A DNA stretch of 58,205 nt from Streptosporangiaceae bacterium. GTDB lineage: Bacteria > Actinomycetota > Actinomycetes > Streptosporangiales > Streptosporangiaceae. Positions within the stretch are counted from its first letter, which is position 1. Each line of letters starts with the position of its first letter. Below, one piece after another: positions 25,096-34,082 of the stretch. The stretch lies in contig JASHOV010000117.1 in NCBI GenBank assembly GCA_030038495.1, positions 1 through 58,205 of the forward strand. The letters run 5' to 3'. The translations under genes were made by a program, and so were the position numbers. Under the pieces are notes generated by a model. It ran no database searches. It was given only the letters and a program-made list of their open reading frames with translations, and was not told where the DNA came from.

Positions 25096-26292
25096 ATGAG
25101 CCGTCATATCACCGCTGCGGAATTCGTTGACGCCCTGCGCGTCCACGGCGTGCAGAACGTCACGGGGGTGCCGTGCGGGCACCTCGCCGGGCCGTGGGCA
25201 CTGTTCGATAGAGCTGGAGAGCTGACCCCGGCCGCCTCGGAGGGCACCGCCCTGGCGATCGCGGCTGGCTGGGAACTGGGGGGCCGGATGTCGGCCGTCC
25301 TCTGCCAGAACTCAGGGCTCGGCAACCTACTCAACCCCCTTGCCTCACTCCTGCTGCCCTACCGAATACCCGTTCTCATCATCATGACGATGCGGGGCTG
25401 GCCTGACCCAGGGGATGACGAGCCACAGCACGCGGCCATGGGCACATCAACCACGGGCATGCTGGAGGCGCTGGACGTGCCATACGCATTCCTGGCGCCG
25501 GAGAAGCTGCAGGAGGCACTTGTCCACGCGGCCGATGCGCGGGCGCAGGGTCGGCCTTTTTTCCTGCTGGTGCCACGGGAGAGCATCGGTAAGGCGGCAG
25601 AGGCACCCTCGGCCGGGGTGCCTCCCGTCGGGGAGCGGCTCACACGCGCACGGGTTGTGTCCGCCCTCATGACGCAGTTGACCGACGAACTGCTGGTCAC
25701 CACCACCGGCTCTTTGTCCCGGCAGGCCCATCACGAGCGGGACCGCCCGGGCACGTTCTATATGCAGGGCTCGATGGGGCATGCCTCGGCCATCGGGACC
25801 GGCCTGGCGATGGCTCATCCGGATCGCGGCACGGTCATTCTCGACGGCGACGGTGCCTTTCTCATGCACCTGGGCACCGGTTCCACCATAGGCGCGTCCG
25901 GTGCGCGGAACCTTGTGCACATCATCGTCGACAATGGCTGCTATGAGTCCACTGGCTGCCAGGCGTCGACCTCGCGCTGCCTGGATTGGCCGAGTCTTGG
26001 TCACGGGCTGGGCTACAGATCAGTGGTCACCTGTGACTCGGAGCCGGGGCTGGCGGGAAATCTGCGAACCGCGCTGACCGCCGAGGGGCCGGTACTCCTT
26101 GTGCTCACGGTCGTGCCCACTCCGGACGAGGTCCACCCGAGAGCATCGGCGTCGCGCAGCCTGTCCGATATCGCGGAACGATTCCGGGCGGTCGCCACCC
26201 AGACGACGACCTCCGCGGGAACGGACCCGACGGCGGCCATGGAAACGCGCGCGAGGCCGGCGCTCAGGGGCGGCGGCAGGAGCTCACCATGA
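25096..26292 (+). CDS. ppd: Phosphonopyruvate decarboxylase (ThDP-dependent)
   Basis: Sulfopyruvate/phosphonopyruvate decarboxylase-like N-terminus (FVDALRVHGVQNVTGVPCG) and ThDP motif GDGAFLMH...IIVDNG. It sits in the cluster with pepM. Confidence 0.85.
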   Translation: MSRHITAAEFVDALRVHGVQNVTGVPCGHLAGPWALFDRAGELTPAASEGTALAIAAGWELGGRMSAVLCQNSGLGNLLNPLASLLLPYRIPVLIIMTMRGWPDPGDDEPQHAAMGTSTTGMLEALDVPYAFLAPEKLQEALVHAADARAQGRPFFLLVPRESIGKAAEAPSAGVPPVGERLTRARVVSALMTQLTDELLVTTTGSLSRQAHHERDRPGTFYMQGSMGHASAIGTGLAMAHPDRGTVILDGDGAFLMHLGTGSTIGASGARNLVHIIVDNGCYESTGCQASTSRCLDWPSLGHGLGYRSVVTCDSEPGLAGNLRTALTAEGPVLLVLTVVPTPDEVHPRASASRSLSDIAERFRAVATQTTTSAGTDPTAAMETRARPALRGGGRSSP

Positions 26293-27494
26293 GCAGCTCG
26301 GCACGGGACGGAGGTGGCATTGCCCTTCTGGCCGGCCGGGGGAGCTTCGAGAAGGTGCCCAGCCTGTGCGCGGGCCGCCGTGTGCTGGTCATCGCGAGTG
26401 CCGGGGCGCTGCAGCGGAGCCGGGCCATCACGTGGCTGCCGACGGACGCCAGGACGTTCACGGCGTTCCGCCCCAACCCCACAGTTGCGCAGGCGCTGGC
26501 GGCGGCGCAGTTCTGCCGCTCCTCGGGCGTTGATCTGGTCGTAGGTCTCGGCGGTGGCTCCGCGCTTGACGTCGCCAAGGCCGGGCGCGTTCTCCCCGCC
26601 GACGCTCACGATGCCGACGAGGTCATCGCCGGCCGTCGCCCGGCGCCGGCAGACAGACCGGAGTTGCTGCTCGTACCTACGACGGCGGGAACGGGCAGCG
26701 AGGTGACAAGTTTCGCGACCCTCTACCAGGGTTACAGGAAGGTCTCTCTCGACACCCCGGCAGCGCGTGCCGATATCGCCGTCGTGGACCCTGCCTTGAC
26801 CGAAACCTGCCCGCCTCGCCTGACGTGGACGTGTGCCTTCGACTGCCTGGCGCACGCTATGGAGTCGCTGTGGTCCGTCCGTTCCAGCGCCCGCTCCCGT
26901 GAATGGGCAGTGGCAGCCCTGCGCATGCTGATACCTGTACTGACGGACGCGGATGATCTGCCCGATACGGCCGAACGCGATACCCTTAGCCGGGCCGCGA
27001 CCCTGGCCGGGCGGGCCATCGGCATCACCCGCACCACAGCAGCCCATGCGATGTCCTATCCCCTGACCGCGCACCTGGGCGTCCCGCATGGCCTTGCCTG
27101 CGCGCTCAACCTGACCTGGCTGGTTCCCCTGGTGGAGACGGCGCAGCCGGAGCAGGTAACCGACGAACGCGGCCCGGCTGTGGTACGTGAAGCGGTCGAT
27201 ACCCTGCGGATTGCGTTCAACGCTCAGGGCATGGACCTGGCCAGTGTGCTGCGGGCAATGATCGGCCGCCGGGTAGAGCCGCCGTACGGCGACGCCCGGT
27301 GCCCGCGGCGGCCGGGCGCCCGCACGGACGATGCCTGGATCGATCTGCTCGTGGCGGAGGGAATGTCCTCGAATCGGATGACAGGGACGCCTGTGCGGCT
27401 GGAACGATGGCAGGTGCGGGCTGGGCTGGAAACGATCCTCCCGGTCATGCGATCAGCAGGCGGGCACCAAGCTCGGCTTCGTCAAGCCCGGTGA
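26289..27494 (+). CDS. Iron-containing (group III) alcohol dehydrogenase, candidate phosphonoacetaldehyde reductase
   Basis: The GLGGGSALDVAKA motif and metal-binding His residues (HAMES, HAMSY) are present. ATGA overlap with ppd. Confidence 0.85.
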   Translation: MSSSARDGGGIALLAGRGSFEKVPSLCAGRRVLVIASAGALQRSRAITWLPTDARTFTAFRPNPTVAQALAAAQFCRSSGVDLVVGLGGGSALDVAKAGRVLPADAHDADEVIAGRRPAPADRPELLLVPTTAGTGSEVTSFATLYQGYRKVSLDTPAARADIAVVDPALTETCPPRLTWTCAFDCLAHAMESLWSVRSSARSREWAVAALRMLIPVLTDADDLPDTAERDTLSRAATLAGRAIGITRTTAAHAMSYPLTAHLGVPHGLACALNLTWLVPLVETAQPEQVTDERGPAVVREAVDTLRIAFNAQGMDLASVLRAMIGRRVEPPYGDARCPRRPGARTDDAWIDLLVAEGMSSNRMTGTPVRLERWQVRAGLETILPVMRSAGGHQARLRQAR

Positions 27495-28182
27495 TGTCGC
27501 GGTTGCGCGAAGCCCACAGGCCGGAGGCCAGGTCATCGGCTAGCTGTTGCGTCATCCGCTGCTCGAGCTGTGGGCCCATTGCGGCGAATATCGAGATTCC
27601 GCGGCGGACCTCCTCACGCAGGTACTGCTCGGGTCGGCGCCAGTACGCGTGGAAGAACCCGTCCGCGCAATTCCACGGTATCGGCACTGGTTCCAGCCGG
27701 GCACCGACCACTTCAGCGGACTGGCTCATGGTCGGGCGGCCCGCACCAAGCGCCACGAGCTCGGGCAGGTAGTCGCGGGTGAGCCAGAAGTCGGCGATGT
27801 GCGCAGCGTCGAAGTTGAATACGACCACCCGGCGGGCGACCCTGCGCATCTCACGCATCCCGGCGATCGGGTCTGGCCAGTGATGATCCGATAGCACCGC
27901 CATGGCAGCATCGAACGACTTATCGGCGAAAGGGAGGCTCTGTGCGGCCGCGGCCAGGCAGGGTGCAGCGCCGGCCGGCCGCTGTGCCCGCATGACCGCG
28001 GATGGCTCCACCGCCGTCACGTCGCGCCCGGGCGGCTCATAGGACCCCGTGCCGGCACCGACATTTAAGATAGTGTCGGCATCCTCTAGAGCTGCCCAGA
28101 TCCGTGCCGCGATGCGTGGCTCAGTCTGCCTCGTTGCCGTATAGCTGTGGCCAATGGCGTCATAGAACATGCCAGCAGACAT
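27445..28182 (-). CDS. Class I SAM-dependent methyltransferase (Methyltransf_11-like)
   Basis: ILNVGAGTGSY motif. Convergent with the ADH gene and overlapping it by 50 nt. Confidence 0.8.
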   Translation of the reverse strand: MSAGMFYDAIGHSYTATRQTEPRIAARIWAALEDADTILNVGAGTGSYEPPGRDVTAVEPSAVMRAQRPAGAAPCLAAAAQSLPFADKSFDAAMAVLSDHHWPDPIAGMREMRRVARRVVVFNFDAAHIADFWLTRDYLPELVALGAGRPTMSQSAEVVGARLEPVPIPWNCADGFFHAYWRRPEQYLREEVRRGISIFAAMGPQLEQRMTQQLADDLASGLWASRNRDITGLDEAELGARLLIA

Positions 28183-28354
28183 CCGGTTTCGCCTCCGAGG
28201 GTGATTACATTACTTTTGCACGGCGGCCGGACTGCCGCCACAGCTGTCCCGCCGACTCGGCGGGCCAGTCGTTCGTGCCGGGACCCGAGCTCAGCGCTCC
28301 CGGCGCCTCAGATGAGTCTTGGGCGCACGGCCTTAGGACGCTAGCCTCCAGGGT

Positions 28355-30025
28355 GTGATGAGTCACGTTATATCCGCTGGTCCTGGCATCCAGTGGGGTG
28401 ACGTGCCGAGCTGGGTGTCGGCATGCGTCACTTTGGGCGCGTTCGTTTTCGCTGGCGTCGCCATTGTGGTCTCGCGCCGGACCTTCCGGCTGGAGTCCGA
28501 GCGTGATCGTGTCAATGCGGAGGTGCGGCAGCGACAGGACGCCTACGTGCGGAGGTCTCAGTCTGCAATGGTGTCCGCGTGGTGGGGCAGCGCGGATGCG
28601 GTTCATGCGCCGGACCCGCGCAGCGCAGACTGGGGCGCGTTCTTGCGGAACGCTTCAGAGACGCCGGTCTATAAGGCAAACATGACCGTCGTAGGCGCGG
28701 GAAACCATGCGGGGCCCACGGCCATGGAGTTCCCTGTCGTGCCGCCGACGCGGCAGCCGGTGTTTCATCCAGTGGCGGTGCCCAGTGCCGCTCCGGCGGC
28801 CGGTCACCGGAGTGTCAGCAATGCGGTCTCCGATTACAAGGTGAGCCTGCGGTTCACCGACGCGGCCGGGATCCGCTGGGTCCGGGACGAGTACGGCGTG
28901 CTGCGGGAGCTTGAACCGAACCTGCTGATCTGGACCAGCCCGGAAGGCGCGGCCGTCCTTAGCCCGTTTACCGCCGACTTCCTGGCGACCTACGGCGTCG
29001 TGGCCACGCTGGACACGGCGGTCATTGAGGCCGAACTCGAGCGCAAGTTCGTCGAGGCAGCGCCTGGCGGGCCCGACATTCTCATCGGCCCTCATGACTG
29101 GGTCGGCGATCTTGCTGAGCGCGATCTGATCGAGCCGATCACGGTGTCTGACCAGCGGCGCAGCTTGTTCGACCCGGCACACCTCAGGGCGCTGTCGGTG
29201 GGCGGCCGCCTGCATGCCCTGCCAGCATCGCTGGACACCGTGGCGCTGATCCGCAACACCGACCTTGTCCCCGACGCCCCGGAATCGATCGAGGAGCTGA
29301 TCGCTACCGGCCAGGACCTCAGGGAGCGCGGGCTGGTCAGCGAGATCCTGGCGGTGCCGGTGGGCGCGACTGGCGACCCGTTCCACATCTGGCCGCTGCT
29401 GTCCAGCGCCGGAGGATGGCTGTTTGCCCAGCAGCCAGACGGCACATGGGACCCGGCCCGCGTCGGCCTTGACTGCGCGGAGACCATTGCCGCGCTCGAC
29501 AAGATCCGCATGCTCGGCGAACTCGGGATCCTGCGGCCCGGGGTGACCCGGTTGCAGACGTTCGAGGCCCTCCAGAAGCGGCAGGCTGCGTTCCTGCTCG
29601 CCGCCTCGGGTGTGGTAGTCCCGGCTCGACGGGCCAAGGTCAACTTCGCGGTCAGCGCGGTGCCTCCGTTCCGCGGCGGCCCGCCGAGCCGGCCGTTCCT
29701 GGCCGTCAACGGCTTCTACGTCGCGCGGCACGGAAGGAACAAAGTCGTGGCCAGCGATCTGGTGCCCGATTACCTGACCCGGATGGAGGTGGCGGAACAG
29801 TTCGGCAGGATGGCGCATGTCGTCCCGCTCGAGCTGTCTGACGAGTGCGACCCGGCGATCGCGGAGTTCCACACCTTGTGCGCTGCCGCCCCGCCGATGC
29901 CCGCGTTCCCCCGGATGAGGGATGTGTGGACGCTGCTCGGCGCGGCAGAAATGGCCCTTCTCGCAGGCGGTGATGCCGCCGAGGTCGGCACGGCGACAGC
30001 GGGCAAGCTGCGGGCGCTGTTCTGA
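28355..30025 (+). CDS. Membrane-anchored fusion: unknown N-terminal module plus MalE-like ABC substrate-binding domain
   Basis: TM helix WVSACVTLGAFVFAGVAIVV, then ~150 aa of unknown sequence, then an SBP family-1 signature (PDILIGPHDWVGDLAERDLIEP...). No ABC permease or ATPase genes are adjacent. Confidence 0.7.
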   Translation: MMSHVISAGPGIQWGDVPSWVSACVTLGAFVFAGVAIVVSRRTFRLESERDRVNAEVRQRQDAYVRRSQSAMVSAWWGSADAVHAPDPRSADWGAFLRNASETPVYKANMTVVGAGNHAGPTAMEFPVVPPTRQPVFHPVAVPSAAPAAGHRSVSNAVSDYKVSLRFTDAAGIRWVRDEYGVLRELEPNLLIWTSPEGAAVLSPFTADFLATYGVVATLDTAVIEAELERKFVEAAPGGPDILIGPHDWVGDLAERDLIEPITVSDQRRSLFDPAHLRALSVGGRLHALPASLDTVALIRNTDLVPDAPESIEELIATGQDLRERGLVSEILAVPVGATGDPFHIWPLLSSAGGWLFAQQPDGTWDPARVGLDCAETIAALDKIRMLGELGILRPGVTRLQTFEALQKRQAAFLLAASGVVVPARRAKVNFAVSAVPPFRGGPPSRPFLAVNGFYVARHGRNKVVASDLVPDYLTRMEVAEQFGRMAHVVPLELSDECDPAIAEFHTLCAAAPPMPAFPRMRDVWTLLGAAEMALLAGGDAAEVGTATAGKLRALF

Positions 30026-30063
30026 CCCGTCGGCCCGGCCATGCGCGCCGGCCGCCGGTCTGC

Positions 30064-31797
30064 TCATGGGTGCGGGAATCGGACCTGGCTCAGTACCCGG
30101 CGTTCGAAGTCGCGCTTGCCTTCATCGGCGGCGGAAGTCGGCAGGGACAGCTGCGGGCGCAGCGGGCGGTTCCCCCGCTTGACCGCCCTGATCGCTTCCA
30201 CGGTCCACGCCTGTATCTCCTGGGCCGGCTTCTCGATCCTGTAGAAGTCGCTAAAGTGGCCACGCTTGCCGTCGTAAACGTCGACGACCTTGGTGACGGT
30301 GAGGTCTTCCGGCGAGACCGCATTGTCGCCGGGCACGAACTCCGCGAAGTAGCCGAGCGTTTCCACGACGCGCCAGATGCGCCGCTCCAGGTCATGGGCC
30401 AGGCCGTGATACCCCGCAGAGCGCAGCTCGCTGGCGACCGCGCGGTTATCCCACGGCCAGACGCTGCCGCAGTGGTAGGAGAACGGCACGAACCTGACCT
30501 CGCGGTCCGACAACGTCCGCACGCCGTTGCGGTCCAGCAGATCATCGGCAAACAGCGTCTCGATGAGCGCCGACCGCATGCTTTCCTGCGCCGGATCATC
30601 GCCGTCCAGCAAGTGCAGGGCGTGTCCCATGTTGGAGGTCCTGACCGCGAGAGGCCGCAGGTTGCCGTGCTCATCGCGATCGGTGGCCAGCGCAAAGTAC
30701 CCGCCCTGGTCATCCTCCAGCCAGAACCGGTCCAGAACCACACCCTTCAGGTGACCGGCCCGCGACAGCGCCGACTCCATCCGCAGCCGCAGACCAGAGC
30801 TCGGCGAAGGCCGCTCCTGCGCGGCAAGGCGGCCGTTGTAGTACTGAGCGAGGTCGAGCAGCGTGTCAAACGCCAGGGCCTGCACCTCGATCGAGGCGAT
30901 TCCCGCACGGTGATTCGCATAGCTGCCGTCGGCATGCACATAAGCCTCGGGAGTGTCCTTCCACGCCTGGTTCCAGATCCCGCGTTCCTGCGACATCCGG
31001 AACTCCAGCAGCCCCTCAGGGCTGGCTTGCAGGCGCGAGTCAAACCACGCCGCCGCCGCCGCCAGCGCGTGTCCCATCGTGTGCGTCTGGTGATCCAAGC
31101 CCCGATAGGCCACGTCGGCGAAGCCGGGATCGTCATCGAGGACACGCAGTACGCCCCGGATGAACATCGGCGTACTGTCGATCGAACCGTAGTGCGGCCA
31201 CTCCCAGTGATTGACCGCCGTAATGCTCCGCGCAACCGATCCGGCCGGGTCCGGTGCCCAGTGAATGATCCGTCCGGGCTCTTCCTCCTTCGCCGCGTTA
31301 TAGGTAACGCCCTGCAACTGGGCGAGCGTGCGAAGAGTCGTCCTCAGCAACTCGGGAAAGCTGTCGTACAGATACCATCCCATATGCAGCGCATCACGGC
31401 CGACCAGCGCATCCAGCAGCGTGAACTCCGGGATATCGCGGTGCTCGGGCAGCGGCAGCGCAGCATTACCCGGGCCGCTTGCGCCGATCTCGTCAAGCCG
31501 GGAAACGCCCATCAGCCGCAGCAGCGCACGGGAAGACGACGGATGACCGCGAGCGACGGGATGCGCTCGCAACAGCGGCCCGATGTCGTGTACGTACGCG
31601 ACGCGCTGAAACGGCAGCAAGTAGGGAACCAGTTCAGGGACCTGCGACACCAGGTCAGGCGCGTAGCCCGGTTGGGTCCCATCCCCGGCCAGCTTGCTCT
31701 CGAACCCGAACAGGCCAGGAGCCGCCGGCCCGTCACGCCCGCCCCGTTGCTCAGCCATCTCTTCGCCGATGATAGCCCGGGCCATCCTCGCGGCCAT
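30064..31797 (-). CDS. Amylo-alpha-1,6-glucosidase / glycogen-debranching-enzyme-like six-hairpin glycosidase
   Basis: GDE_C-like motifs, including SYHCGSVWPWDN. 577 aa. Confidence 0.8.
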   Translation of the reverse strand: MAARMARAIIGEEMAEQRGGRDGPAAPGLFGFESKLAGDGTQPGYAPDLVSQVPELVPYLLPFQRVAYVHDIGPLLRAHPVARGHPSSSRALLRLMGVSRLDEIGASGPGNAALPLPEHRDIPEFTLLDALVGRDALHMGWYLYDSFPELLRTTLRTLAQLQGVTYNAAKEEEPGRIIHWAPDPAGSVARSITAVNHWEWPHYGSIDSTPMFIRGVLRVLDDDPGFADVAYRGLDHQTHTMGHALAAAAAWFDSRLQASPEGLLEFRMSQERGIWNQAWKDTPEAYVHADGSYANHRAGIASIEVQALAFDTLLDLAQYYNGRLAAQERPSPSSGLRLRMESALSRAGHLKGVVLDRFWLEDDQGGYFALATDRDEHGNLRPLAVRTSNMGHALHLLDGDDPAQESMRSALIETLFADDLLDRNGVRTLSDREVRFVPFSYHCGSVWPWDNRAVASELRSAGYHGLAHDLERRIWRVVETLGYFAEFVPGDNAVSPEDLTVTKVVDVYDGKRGHFSDFYRIEKPAQEIQAWTVEAIRAVKRGNRPLRPQLSLPTSAADEGKRDFERRVLSQVRFPHP

Positions 31798-31962
31798 GAC
31801 ACCACCCGACCTACCCGACCAGGCCGCGCTCAGGTCCTCAAGCCAGCCCTGAGGCGGCAGAGACTGTGGTGCGCCGCCTCGGGCGCCGCCGTCTGGGGTA
31901 CCGAATGTGCGCTATATCGCCGGTCCGCGGCGGGCGATGGCATTGTGGACGGCGATTGGCCC

Positions 31963-32625
31963 TCATATGGCATCGCCGGAAGGGGGCTCGAACCTAGCGA
32001 AGTATGCCAGCGGCGGCCCGAGCCGGGCCGAGGGCCGCAGCCCCGCGGCGTTGGCGTACCCCAGCAAGGTCACCAGCGGTACGTAGTGCCGGTCGGCGAA
32101 CTCCCCGACGACCAGCCGCCCGCCGGGCTTCAGGACACGGCGGATCTCCCGCATCGCCGCCCCGGGGTCGGGAATCTCACCCAGGGCCGTCACCAGGTAG
32201 GCGGCGTCGAAGCTGCCGTCCTCAAACGGCAGGTCCCGCGCGTCTGCCCGGGCCGGGACGATCGGGCTGATCTTCGTGGCCGCCGCGCGGCGCATGACGT
32301 GATCGAGCATCGGCTGCTGGATGTCCACGATGTCGAGCCGCCCTCCGGCGCCCAGCCCGCCGGCGACGTGCAGGGCCTGCAGGCCGGTGCCCGGCCCTAC
32401 CTCCAGGACCCGTTCTCCCGGCCGGACGGCCAGCAGCGCGTCGAGCCGGCGGTTGGTCAGGAACGGCAGCGGCAGGTCCAGCAGCCAGTGCTGCGCGTAC
32501 GGGTAGGGGGCCGAGTCGGTCCACCACCAGGCCGCGGCAGCGGCCGCAGCGGCCGCCGCGATCAGGACCGGGCGCTTCACCGAGCGCTGCCGCGGGCTCC
32601 AGTCATCGCCGGTCTTGCTGCTCAT
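31963..32625 (-). CDS. Membrane-anchored class I SAM-dependent methyltransferase
   Basis: Start at MSSKTGDD (32625). Ala-rich TM, then VLEVGPGTGLQ and LKPGGRLVV motifs. The longer ORF reaching 33033 overlaps the upstream gene. Confidence 0.75.
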   Translation of the reverse strand: MSSKTGDDWSPRQRSVKRPVLIAAAAAAAAAAWWWTDSAPYPYAQHWLLDLPLPFLTNRRLDALLAVRPGERVLEVGPGTGLQALHVAGGLGAGGRLDIVDIQQPMLDHVMRRAAATKISPIVPARADARDLPFEDGSFDAAYLVTALGEIPDPGAAMREIRRVLKPGGRLVVGEFADRHYVPLVTLLGYANAAGLRPSARLGPPLAYFARFEPPSGDAI

Positions 32626-32645
32626 CACAGCCTCCTCAACCAGGC

Positions 32646-34082
32646 CTAGCTGGAGCTGTTCGTGAGCAGGCTGAAAACCGCCCTCCCGGCGTGCGCGACG
32701 CTGAAGGCGTAGCAGGTGTTCGTGCTGGGGCAGGAGACGCTCAGGACTGCCCAGACGCCCTCGGGAAGCTGCGCAGGCTGCCACGACTGTCCCTGATCCG
32801 CCGACAAGGCCAGCAGCCCCCGCAGCTTGCTCACTGGGAGGGCGCCTCCCGAACCCGGTGGAACGATCAGCCCGGATGCCCAGCATTCGGTGCTGGCCGG
32901 GCACGAGATGTCGGTCACCCGCGCGTCCGGCAGCCCGGTCGCCGCAACGTCGGTCCAGGTGGCGCCGCCATCGGCGGAACGCAGGACGGTCCTCTGCCCT
33001 GTTGTCCCGTCGGGGATCGAGGTCGTGAGGCAATCAGTCGCGTCGGCGCAGGACAACCTCCTCAGGATGCCGGTGCCGGGCGGCACGGTCGCCGGCGACC
33101 ACGTTGCACCGCCATCGGTGCTGTAGAGGGCGGCCCCGCTGTCGTCTGGTGTCGCACTGTCGAAGCCGGTCACGACGCAGGTCCCACCGGACAGGCAGTG
33201 CGCTGCGAACGGAGCGAACGACGCCGGGAGCGCGGCGTCCGACCAGCTCGCCCCGCCGTCGGACGTCTTGAGCGCGGCGGCCCTCGGCCCAGTGCCTTTC
33301 TTGCCGGATACCACCGCCAGGCAGGTTTTCGCCGACAAGCAGTCGATGATCGTGTTGACCATTGTGTTCGTGACCTCGGGGGGTCCGGCGTGCGTGGACC
33401 ATGTCTGGCCCCCGTCGGTGGTTTCGAGGAAAACGGGGTCGTCGGCGAGATCGAGGCCCAGCACCGCACAGGTGTCGGCGCTGGCGCACGAGAAGCCGGC
33501 GTCCACCCCGATCTGGGTCGGCAGGGTGATGTTGCGCCAGCTGCTGCCGCCGTCGTTGGTGACTGCCAGCTGCATGACGATCTGTGATCCGGCCGCGGCG
33601 GGCGCGACCTGGCCGAATGTGTAGCAGGTGTTGTCTGATGGGCAGCTCAGGTAAAACACCGGTCGACTCTTCGTCCCGACAGTGCGCCAGGGGCTGCTCG
33701 TGTCGCTGACCAGCTGCCAGTTCATCGACGGGCGCGACCCGCGGCCGGCGAGGGCGGTTCGCGGGCCGGTCGTGGTGGGTGCTTTGCTTGACGAGCGCTG
33801 CGCCGTGACGACCGTCAACAAGACCAGGGTGAGCACCAGTAGCGCCGCGCCGGAGCCGGCCAGGGCGCCGAGCCGGAACCGACGGGTCCGCATCGCCCGG
33901 CGGCGGCGCGGCGCGAGCCGCATGCTCATTGGCTGTCGACCGACCTTGCCCTGCTGCGAGCTCCAGCACTCACGGACGGAACGGGTAATCCGGTCGCCGG
34001 CCTCGTCCGGTGGCCATTCGACCGCGGTGAGTGCGGCCAGTTCTTCGACCAGATCTGCGTGCTCAAGATCGATCTCGTTCAT
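32646..34082 (-). CDS. Anti-sigma-factor-like membrane protein with extracytoplasmic BNR/Ycf48-like beta-propeller
   Basis: Short cytoplasmic N-terminus and one TM. Six SxDxGxTW-type repeats (TNDGGSSW, TTDGGQTW, TSDGGASW, STDGGATW, SADGGATW, SADQGQSW). ATGA overlap with the sigma gene. Confidence 0.75.
   Translation of the reverse strand: MNEIDLEHADLVEELAALTAVEWPPDEAGDRITRSVRECWSSQQGKVGRQPMSMRLAPRRRRAMRTRRFRLGALAGSGAALLVLTLVLLTVVTAQRSSSKAPTTTGPRTALAGRGSRPSMNWQLVSDTSSPWRTVGTKSRPVFYLSCPSDNTCYTFGQVAPAAAGSQIVMQLAVTNDGGSSWRNITLPTQIGVDAGFSCASADTCAVLGLDLADDPVFLETTDGGQTWSTHAGPPEVTNTMVNTIIDCLSAKTCLAVVSGKKGTGPRAAALKTSDGGASWSDAALPASFAPFAAHCLSGGTCVVTGFDSATPDDSGAALYSTDGGATWSPATVPPGTGILRRLSCADATDCLTTSIPDGTTGQRTVLRSADGGATWTDVAATGLPDARVTDISCPASTECWASGLIVPPGSGGALPVSKLRGLLALSADQGQSWQPAQLPEGVWAVLSVSCPSTNTCYAFSVAHAGRAVFSLLTNSSS

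Noticed and set aside
26013-27089. 358-aa minus-strand ORF. The same class includes 22054-23088, 45929-46846, 46996-48147, 48018-48962, 9007-9846, 13411-14307, 19361-20095 and others.
   Set aside because: Each is antisense to a + strand gene with strong motif evidence (ppd/ADH, GPPMT homologues, shell protein, FAD oxidoreductase, racemase, PepM, mutase-like protein). No motifs are recognisable and the composition is typical of shadow ORFs.
12098-27494. Identification of the cluster as a phosphinothricin/bialaphos cluster
   Set aside because: It shares PhpA-G/J-like families. It lacks enolase-like PhpH, CPEP mutase, citrate-synthase-like Pms, aconitase/isocitrate-dehydrogenase-like steps, NRPSs, a P-methylase and an acetyltransferase resistance gene.
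30070-32649. 859-aa ORF on the + strand, the longest ORF in the window
   Set aside because: It lies antisense to two well-supported minus-strand genes, the GDE-like glucosidase and a methyltransferase. The translation is Arg/Pro/Gly-rich with no recognisable motifs. This is a typical high-GC shadow ORF.
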